Source of the DNA: an uncultured Candidatus Saccharibacteria bacterium
GTDB taxonomy: Bacteria; Patescibacteriota; Minisyncoccia; 2-02-FULL-40-12; GWA2-44-9
Length of the DNA stretch: 64,000 bases
Assembly (NCBI GenBank): GCA_964513645.1
Contig: CAZENF010000002.1
Span: forward strand, 73,409 to 137,408
Direction: 5' to 3'
This document shows, in pieces, positions 57,845 through 64,000 of this stretch; position 1 is the stretch's first letter, and every line of letters starts with the position of its first letter. Below the pieces are notes generated by a model. That model was not told the origin of the DNA. It was given only the letters and a program-made list of their open reading frames with translations, and ran no database searches. A program made the position numbers and the translations under genes.

Positions 57845-58195
57845 TTACTTATCCTCGGATATCGGCAACTTATGGACCTCTCCAGTGTATTCCTGTTCTA
57901 CGTTAACTTGATTGTTGTTGCGGCTCTCAATAAAACCAAAAGCATTGTACAAGGTCGCTCTCATGTTGCCAAGAGCTTTGGTTAAATTGGCATATATCAC
58001 CGGGTCACTCTTATCCATCTCGGCAAAAAACTTACTTTGTTTATCGGGTTCAGGATTGAGCATCACGAAAAGATTTGTTTCAAAAGAACGGAACCAGATT
58101 ATCCCGACCAAGGACACGGTTATGGTCACACACAAACCAAACATTATCTCTCTAATATGCTTCGGCTGTTTATGTATCTCTTCGAGAATTTTCAT
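57845..58195 (-). CDS. Hypothetical membrane protein
   Basis: ORF with one TM helix. Confidence 0.3.
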   Translation of the reverse strand: MKILEEIHKQPKHIREIMFGLCVTITVSLVGIIWFRSFETNLFVMLNPEPDKQSKFFAEMDKSDPVIYANLTKALGNMRATLYNAFGFIESRNNNQVNVEQEYTGEVHKLPISEDK

Positions 58196-58205
58196 TTTGA
58201 TGTGA

Positions 58206-58868
58206 TTAAACTTCGAGTAATACCAATTTTGTCTCTTCGACCGGTAAGGTCTTCTTAACTATCTTAAGTTTATCAATTTTTTCAGGCTCAAGTCCAATCT
58301 CTTTAATGAACTTGTCGGGCCCGGCTATGTCAATTTTTAAATCTTTTAATTTATAGTGCATCGGGATTACTATCTTAGGTTCTATCTGGCCTATAATACT
58401 TATCGCCTCTTTGTGGTCGATAGTATAATTTCCGCCAACCGGTATCATTAACACATCGATATCGCCTATATCTTCTATTTGCTTGTCTTCAAGCTTATCT
58501 TGTCCAAAATCACCCATATGGCAGACGGTTATATCCTCGGATTTGATAACATATATAGTGTTTAATCCCCTTTCCTTGCCGCTCGACTTGTCATGAAAAG
58601 AACTGATACCTCTGATATATACGCCCTGTTTCTCGTACTCTCCGGGTCCGTCTATCAAAAAACTTTCCGGACCAGCTTCCGAAACATTGTCGTGGTCGAA
58701 ATGATGGTGGGTAACCAAGACAATATCGTCTTTTACCTTGGGTGGTTTGAGTCCGATTTCTTTAGGAAACGGGTCTATCAGAATACTGACCCCCTCTTTG
58801 TTTTGGCCTGCAGCGCTCGAACGCGTATCTATTCTGAAGCAAGAATGTCCTAACCAGGTTATAGTCAT
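58206..58868 (-). CDS. MBL-fold metallo-hydrolase
   Basis: VTHHHFDHDN, the HxHxDH zinc-binding motif. Confidence 0.75.
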   Translation of the reverse strand: MTITWLGHSCFRIDTRSSAAGQNKEGVSILIDPFPKEIGLKPPKVKDDIVLVTHHHFDHDNVSEAGPESFLIDGPGEYEKQGVYIRGISSFHDKSSGKERGLNTIYVIKSEDITVCHMGDFGQDKLEDKQIEDIGDIDVLMIPVGGNYTIDHKEAISIIGQIEPKIVIPMHYKLKDLKIDIAGPDKFIKEIGLEPEKIDKLKIVKKTLPVEETKLVLLEV

Positions 58869-58903
58869 ATGTTATAAAATATCATATTTGGACCCAAAAA
58901 TCA

Positions 58904-60061
58904 ATGGCTTTTAAGCCCGGAAGAATTTGCATTAGAAAGCAATATACTGTATACTTTTCCAGTATTATGATTACTCAAACTGCCCAGAACAATCAGGTTA
59001 AATCAATGAAGGACCTTCTTTCGAGAGAGGGCTTTGATCTGCCGAGAGTCGGCCAGATACTAAGCGGCGAGATTATCGGCGTTTCAAAATCAAGCATCAT
59101 TATAAATCTCGGTTCAGCCGGTATCGGTATCATTTATCCAGGCCATTTTTATGACAATCCCGAAAGAACCAAAACTCTCAAAAAGGGCGACCATGTTTCA
59201 GCAATGCTTCTTGAACTTGAGAATGATGAGGGCTACCGGGAACTTTCTTTGAAAGCGGCCCAGTTGACCACCGCCCGTGAAGATATCAGAGAAAAAATGG
59301 AAAAAGGCGAACTTATAAACGCACCGGTAATCAATATGAACAAAGGCGGATTGATCCTTGAGATAAACGGCCTCCAGGGATTTTTGCCATTATCTCAGTT
59401 GGCCAGCGAACATTACCCTAAAGTTGAAGGCGGCGATACGACCAAGATTGTTCAGGCTCTTCAGAAATTTAAAGGGCAGTCTTTGCTTGTTAAAATTATA
59501 GATTTTTCAGAATCAGAGAATCGGCTTATCGTCTCGGAACGGGCAATAAAAGAAGGTGCGGCCAAAGAAGAATTAGCTAAATTAAAAGTTGGCGACGTGC
59601 TCGACGGCGAAATAACGGAAGTTACTGATTTTGGTGCCTTCGTCAGAATAAGCGACTCACTTGATGCACTTATACACTCATCCGAGATAGACTGGAAATT
59701 CGTCGATAACCCCAAAGACATACTTCATAGCGGAGATAAAATTAAAGCCAAGATCATAAATCTCGAACCAGCAACTGGAAGAATATTCCTTTCACTCAAA
59801 GCATTGAAAGAAGACCCCTGGCTTAAAGCCGAAGAACAATATCCTGTTGGCCAAAAAGTTACCGGTAAGGTTATAAAGATACGTCAGAATGGGGCTTTTA
59901 TAGAAATACCTGGAAATCTTATCGGAATTTTACCAACCTCTGAACTTGGCGGAAAAACCCCGTCCGAAGTTCTGGAAGCAGGCAAGGAATATCCAATGGC
60001 AGTAATAAGCATCGACGCAAAGGATCATAAGATGACCCTGACACTCGAGAAAAAAGAATAA
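58904..60061 (+). CDS. rpsA: 30S ribosomal protein S1 (four S1 domains)
   Basis: Repeated S1-domain pattern (GQILSGEIIGV…, GELINAPVINMNKGGLILEI…, GDVLDGEITEVTDFGAFVRI…, GQKVTGKVIKIRQNGAFIEI…). The true start is likely an internal Met (MKDLLS…). Confidence 0.8.
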   Translation: MAFKPGRICIRKQYTVYFSSIMITQTAQNNQVKSMKDLLSREGFDLPRVGQILSGEIIGVSKSSIIINLGSAGIGIIYPGHFYDNPERTKTLKKGDHVSAMLLELENDEGYRELSLKAAQLTTAREDIREKMEKGELINAPVINMNKGGLILEINGLQGFLPLSQLASEHYPKVEGGDTTKIVQALQKFKGQSLLVKIIDFSESENRLIVSERAIKEGAAKEELAKLKVGDVLDGEITEVTDFGAFVRISDSLDALIHSSEIDWKFVDNPKDILHSGDKIKAKIINLEPATGRIFLSLKALKEDPWLKAEEQYPVGQKVTGKVIKIRQNGAFIEIPGNLIGILPTSELGGKTPSEVLEAGKEYPMAVISIDAKDHKMTLTLEKKE

Positions 60062-60096
60062 ATTAAAAGGCCGGTCGCTATGCGACCGGCCTGCCT

Positions 60097-61116
60097 TTAT
60101 AGGGCACGCTGGTATTCTGGGATATCGGCCTCGAACCAGCGGGCATACTCTTCATCTTCCTGTTTCCGCATTTCTTCTACTGTCGGGACTCCGTCGGAAT
60201 CCTCCGAACCTTCGACTTCCGACGTCGGCTGCTTGGCTTCTTTCGTATTTTCATCTACAGGCGATCTTTCACGCCCTATTTCTTCGCCGAAAAGTTCCCA
60301 TAAAAAATCATTGCTGACCGCTTCCATCTTTTTTTCAACCGCAGTATTGAAAAGATGATACCACTGTTCAGGTGACAAACGGTATCCTTCGTCCGGAAAA
60401 CGATCATCCCCCTTGCCGATCTGGGAAACAGACCGCCAGGAAGAATGGATCCGCCTCGGGACATTAAGCACGTAGCCGTCGGTGTTATCGCGAGTATAGC
60501 GGTAGATCGATAGCATTCCGTAAAGCACCGCCCGGACATGCGACCAATAAGGTCTGTCCGGCCGTTCGAGTCTGTTGAAAAACTGACCGAAAAGAGACTC
60601 GGACAGATCGAACCAGGCGGTCCGGTCTATCTCGTGGTCCTCGATGATTTTATGCGTCTTCAGAGAATTGAGCTGTCCCCAAAGGGTTATTTTCCTATGG
60701 CCACCGAGGTGTACCCGGCCCCTTTTATCTACCCAGTCCCGATAGCGGTAGTTATACAAAAATATATCGGTATAATCTGTCCTGATATCGATGTCCCGGT
60801 AACCTGATTCGCAGATGAATTCTCTGATCCCACCGGCAACCGCCAGTCTCTCGTCGTCAGACAAGGAATTGTCTGTAAATATTCTGTGATTTGGTACAAA
60901 TTTTGCCAATGTTTCAAGATCGTCCTTTTCTAATCCTCCGCCGCCATTGCCCCAACCAGGAGGTTTTGGCTTATGGTCGAACTGCGCAAGATTAGAAGGT
61001 TCCTGCTCAAGAATATTGTGTACCCACATGAATCCCATCGGGTCGTCCGGATGGGGTGCGAGAACCTGAACAGTTGTACCGTGAACCCAATCAAGTTTGA
61101 ATTCAGGCCTTATCAT
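60097..61116 (-). CDS. Hypothetical protein with N-terminal LAPHPDDP motif and acidic C-terminal tail
   Basis: ORF only. HPDD weakly recalls the LmbE/PIG-L motif, which is not sufficient for a call. Elevated GC (about 50%). Confidence 0.35.
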   Translation of the reverse strand: MIRPEFKLDWVHGTTVQVLAPHPDDPMGFMWVHNILEQEPSNLAQFDHKPKPPGWGNGGGGLEKDDLETLAKFVPNHRIFTDNSLSDDERLAVAGGIREFICESGYRDIDIRTDYTDIFLYNYRYRDWVDKRGRVHLGGHRKITLWGQLNSLKTHKIIEDHEIDRTAWFDLSESLFGQFFNRLERPDRPYWSHVRAVLYGMLSIYRYTRDNTDGYVLNVPRRIHSSWRSVSQIGKGDDRFPDEGYRLSPEQWYHLFNTAVEKKMEAVSNDFLWELFGEEIGRERSPVDENTKEAKQPTSEVEGSEDSDGVPTVEEMRKQEDEEYARWFEADIPEYQRAL

Positions 61117-61268
61117 GGTAAAGAACCCTCACTTTCTAATTCATGAGTATACCCTAAAAATTATGGTTCGTCAACAGAAACCTTTGACTAATGCTACGAA
61201 AAGGTATATAATATTCCGAGTACTTGGAAACAGCCGTTTGTGATCTTTTTTGAACAGATCCTAACCGA

Positions 61269-62138
61269 TTGTTCCCTGACAAAAACCCGCCGGATGAGAG
61301 TGGAGTTAAGCCAATGGAGAAGCGTCCGAGAGCTGACGATTTTATCAGAAAAATAAAAAATCCTGACCTATTTGTTCCAGACCCGGATAAAGATTTTGGC
61401 ATGTTCCAACAGATGGATATTGCTTTCGAAGGCATCCACGATAAGCTTGATGAATTGCGGCGCAATCACGGCCGCCTGGGTTACAGTGCCCAGAATTTGA
61501 TGAGCGACCTTAGTAAATCCTACATCGAAGCGGCTCAATTTGATGATGAAGAAGCCATGGCCTGGGCAGAAAAGGGCATGACAGAACTTACTGAAGGGTT
61601 CAGTGAAGCAAGTCTGAATGACCAGCTCGCTGAAACCGGAAACAGGTTCAGCCGGACAATTTGGCAAGAACAGCTTGAGGCAGGTTTATTCGGAAAAGTC
61701 TGGCCCGTCATCACAGGAAAGAACGATCAAATACCGTCACTTATTTCCTGGAAAGATTTTCGTGGAAATATCCAGGCTTATTTATATGCCTATCTCGATG
61801 TGGTGAGTGAGCCTGCTAAAGCTTTGACTAACGAACTTTCCAAACCAGAAATGACGTCGAGTGTCGAGTTCATGATACTCGAAAGATACCTTGCCATTGC
61901 CGACTCCATCACCTTGCGGCTTTCTTTAGAACGCCATATTCCCGGCTATGTTATCAATAACGCTTACGGTCCTTGGGCTGCTTACACAAACAAGCTTCGG
62001 ACAGCATACGGAACAATTGCCCATGTCCGCCGGGAGTATAATTTGCGCCGTAGTATTCAGCGAATGAACCGCCAACTGTTATTGGATATTGAGGAAATGT
62101 TCCTGAAAACACTCTTAAAACTCAAAGAACCGGTTTAG
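61269..62138 (+). CDS. Hypothetical protein
   Basis: ORF followed by a strong terminator at 62164-62188. No motif recognised. Confidence 0.35.
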   Translation: MFPDKNPPDESGVKPMEKRPRADDFIRKIKNPDLFVPDPDKDFGMFQQMDIAFEGIHDKLDELRRNHGRLGYSAQNLMSDLSKSYIEAAQFDDEEAMAWAEKGMTELTEGFSEASLNDQLAETGNRFSRTIWQEQLEAGLFGKVWPVITGKNDQIPSLISWKDFRGNIQAYLYAYLDVVSEPAKALTNELSKPEMTSSVEFMILERYLAIADSITLRLSLERHIPGYVINNAYGPWAAYTNKLRTAYGTIAHVRREYNLRRSIQRMNRQLLLDIEEMFLKTLLKLKEPV

Positions 62139-62163
62139 CTACCTTGTTCTGCTCCAATATATC

Positions 62164-62188
62164 AAGGCCCCCTCGAAAGGGGCCTTTT
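62164..62188 (+). terminator. Rho-independent terminator
   Basis: aaggcccc-ctcgaaa-ggggcctttt. Confidence 0.6.
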
Positions 62189-62190
62189 AC

Positions 62191-62219
62191 TTGACAAAAT
62201 ATCCAGATTTTGATAGAAT
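62191..62219 (+). promoter_or_regulatory. Near-consensus sigma70-type promoter (TTGACA-N17-TAGAAT) for the GC-rich gene
   Basis: TTGACA at 62191-62196, a 17 nt spacer, TAGAAT at 62214-62219. AGGAG lies 9 nt upstream of the ATG at 62290. Confidence 0.5.
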
Positions 62220-62289
62220 ATTGTGCAGAGTAGGTTTAGTACCTTCAAATCACATCGTTTCGTCAACTCGTTCATCAGGAGAAATTGTC

Positions 62290-64000
62290 ATGGACAACAC
62301 AATGAGAGAAGCGCTCGGAAACATTGTCACGACTGCCCCCCAGCGGCAACACCGAACCCGTCAAGGAAGTTCGGTGCGAGCAAACCCGCCACTATCAACG
62401 ACCGCGCAGCGGACACCCGAAGACGTTCTCCGGGATCTCCGCGAGAACAAAGTCAAGGAGGCAAACGCCAAGGCCGCCGCAGAAGAGACCGAGGAATCAC
62501 GGGCCAGGCACGACATGGTGATCGAATCCGTCGCCGAACTCATCTACGCGGATCAGGACCTGACGGTCAGAGCCGCAGAGCTCGACCGGAAAAGGAAGAG
62601 CTACGCACGCGGTTCCGTTCAAGATGGTGAGATCGCGAAGAACATCGACCAGGTCGCCGACGACCGAAAGATCGTTTCCGCCGCACTCGGCAAGATCAAA
62701 GCCGAAAATCTCTTGGCCTATGAGGATGGCCAACAGCGGTACAACGTCCGCCAAGCCGCCCTCGCTGCCGAGGAGAAGATTCGTCAACACGGCGAAGTCA
62801 AGGCGGCAGACATCGAACAGTTTGTTTCAAGCGCCGTCCTTTCTGGCTTCATCGTCGTCCCAACGGCCGAAGACAAGCCGTGCGAAGCGTCGTTCACGTT
62901 CAGGCATCAGTCGTACCAGTCGGCCTGGCCGTATGACCCTTCGGTTTCCGAAGTCGCCTTCAGCTTGAAGAAGATGATTGCCGACTTTCATCAGCACATG
63001 GAAGACCGTGAAGACACCATCGTCGGCGAACTGCGCCACGGCGGCTTCTACCTCTCGACCCAACGTCTCCCCCGGAACCCCAACAAGCCGGACGGAGATA
63101 AACTCGATTCCGAGTTTGACCTCTTCAAGAGAGAGAACCGGAAACGAATCGTCCGTCTGTCGACCCTTCTCGGAAGAACCAACGACAGCGACATTTCGAT
63201 CGTTCCGTTGGGCCGTCCGCGGAGCTTCGTTGTCATCGAGCGGCGCGACGGCAAAATCGTCGCCTCAAAGACGACCGACTACCGTTTCGGCAACTTCCTT
63301 TTCTACCGAAGAAACAACCAGGATCAGCGGGTCGTCAAGACCGAGCCGGTGAACTTGTACATCACGGGCGCAGACCTGTCCGAGATGAAGATAGATGAGC
63401 TCCGTCAGGCCATGGAACACCAGGTCCGGACCGAAACAGAAAACATCACCTTCGAAGAACTGCGGAGCGGCCGCAAAGGAACGTGTTCGGTTTCCGTCCA
63501 TTGGAAGGTCCGGGACGAGCAAGGAGTGACGGTGAAGATTCCCATCAGATTCAACCTGACCGGGGACGGCGCCGGAACTTTCGTTCGTACCGGAAACACC
63601 CCGGAACACCTCATCAAGAGGGTTGATCCCAAGGGTTACTGGCTCGCCAAGACCGGTCAACCCCAGAAGCTCGACGTCCTGAACAGCCTGCCTGTCTGGG
63701 GCGCCTTATCCGGCGAGAACAAGCAGCACGAACGTGACTGGCAGCTCTCGAACGAAGCTGAAGTCCAGAATGCGGTCCGCGTTTCAAAGGAAAACCTGGA
63801 CGAGCTCATCGGCCTCGACAGCCGGGACGGTCTGTACAGCGTTTCCGCGGTTCTCCGAAAGACAGTCGGTGGTGGCAAGGGTAAGCCCAACTACCACTAC
63901 AACCCCGTCGGTTACCTCATCGCACGGCGTGGTTCGAAGGTCGAGATCGTCTGGGCAGTGCCCGGAACCTCGGCCAACTTCGCCAGCCAGCTCACCGGTG
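62290..64000 (+). CDS. Partial (3' end beyond window) hypothetical protein encoded in a high-GC segment
   Basis: Absent from the ORF track because it has no stop in the window. Own frame-1 translation is stop-free for 570 codons and reads as a balanced globular protein (MDNTMREALGNIVTTAPQ…ESVAELIYADQDLTVRAAELDRKRKSY…IVWAVPGTSANFASQLTG). All competing-frame ORFs listed for this region are R/S/P/T-rich low-complexity sequences typical of high-GC shadow frames. Confidence 0.55.
   Translation, partial: MDNTMREALGNIVTTAPQRQHRTRQGSSVRANPPLSTTAQRTPEDVLRDLRENKVKEANAKAAAEETEESRARHDMVIESVAELIYADQDLTVRAAELDRKRKSYARGSVQDGEIAKNIDQVADDRKIVSAALGKIKAENLLAYEDGQQRYNVRQAALAAEEKIRQHGEVKAADIEQFVSSAVLSGFIVVPTAEDKPCEASFTFRHQSYQSAWPYDPSVSEVAFSLKKMIADFHQHMEDREDTIVGELRHGGFYLSTQRLPRNPNKPDGDKLDSEFDLFKRENRKRIVRLSTLLGRTNDSDISIVPLGRPRSFVVIERRDGKIVASKTTDYRFGNFLFYRRNNQDQRVVKTEPVNLYITGADLSEMKIDELRQAMEHQVRTETENITFEELRSGRKGTCSVSVHWKVRDEQGVTVKIPIRFNLTGDGAGTFVRTGNTPEHLIKRVDPKGYWLAKTGQPQKLDVLNSLPVWGALSGENKQHERDWQLSNEAEVQNAVRVSKENLDELIGLDSRDGLYSVSAVLRKTVGGGKGKPNYHYNPVGYLIARRGSKVEIVWAVPGTSANFASQLTG

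Noticed and set aside
62223-63890. Multiple overlapping ORFs on both strands and other frames in the high-GC segment (e.g. 62223-62630+, 62624-62968+, 62978-63352+, 63265-63660-)
   Set aside because: Their products are R/S/P/T-rich low-complexity sequences typical of stop-poor alternative frames in GC-rich DNA. The frame-1 ORF from 62290 is the only one with protein-like composition.

Overview
This is a 64 kb fragment of low-GC (about 40%) bacterial DNA, densely coded and mostly on the minus strand. The gene content suggests a reduced-genome, CPR/Patescibacteria-like organism: type IV pilus genes, abundant TrbC/VirB2-like pilin-fold proteins, short aminoacyl-tRNA synthetases, and tRNAs without encoded CCA. 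This lineage assignment is an inference from gene content only. Housekeeping genes present are ileS, argS, smpB plus tmRNA, an rluA-like gene, ilvE, infC-rpmI-rplT, tsaD, valS, gyrA and rpsA, plus tRNA-Glu(TTC) and tRNA-Leu(TAG). The most unusual observations are: (1) ileS carries a complete histidine-phosphatase (PGM-like) domain of about 195 aa inserted in its catalytic core. (2) A 56 bp GC-rich palindromic element is inserted in-frame in both argS and the rluA-like gene. (3) A pair of 20S-proteasome-like genes is present, one with an intact Thr1/Asp17/Lys33 active site. (4) A type IV pilus operon has a receiver-domain::PilB fusion ATPase, a stand-alone receiver, a histidine kinase and two CBS proteins, and its major pilin gene is duplicated in tandem almost exactly. 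(5) A family of conserved-stem hairpins sits directly against three start codons. (6) A composite GC-rich repeat family punctuates a small-gene array containing a mazF toxin gene, next to tRNA-Glu and an excisionase-like HTH gene. (7) Both tmRNA and tRNA-Leu have 18-19 bp duplications of their 3' ends less than 200 bp away. (8) A 9 kb cluster of nine secreted pilin-fold proteins shares shuffled Cys-rich and PT-linker modules. (9) The last 4 kb shows a GC gradient ending in an approximately 59% GC gene driven by a host-like AT-rich promoter. No CRISPR array, rRNA or transposase was seen.
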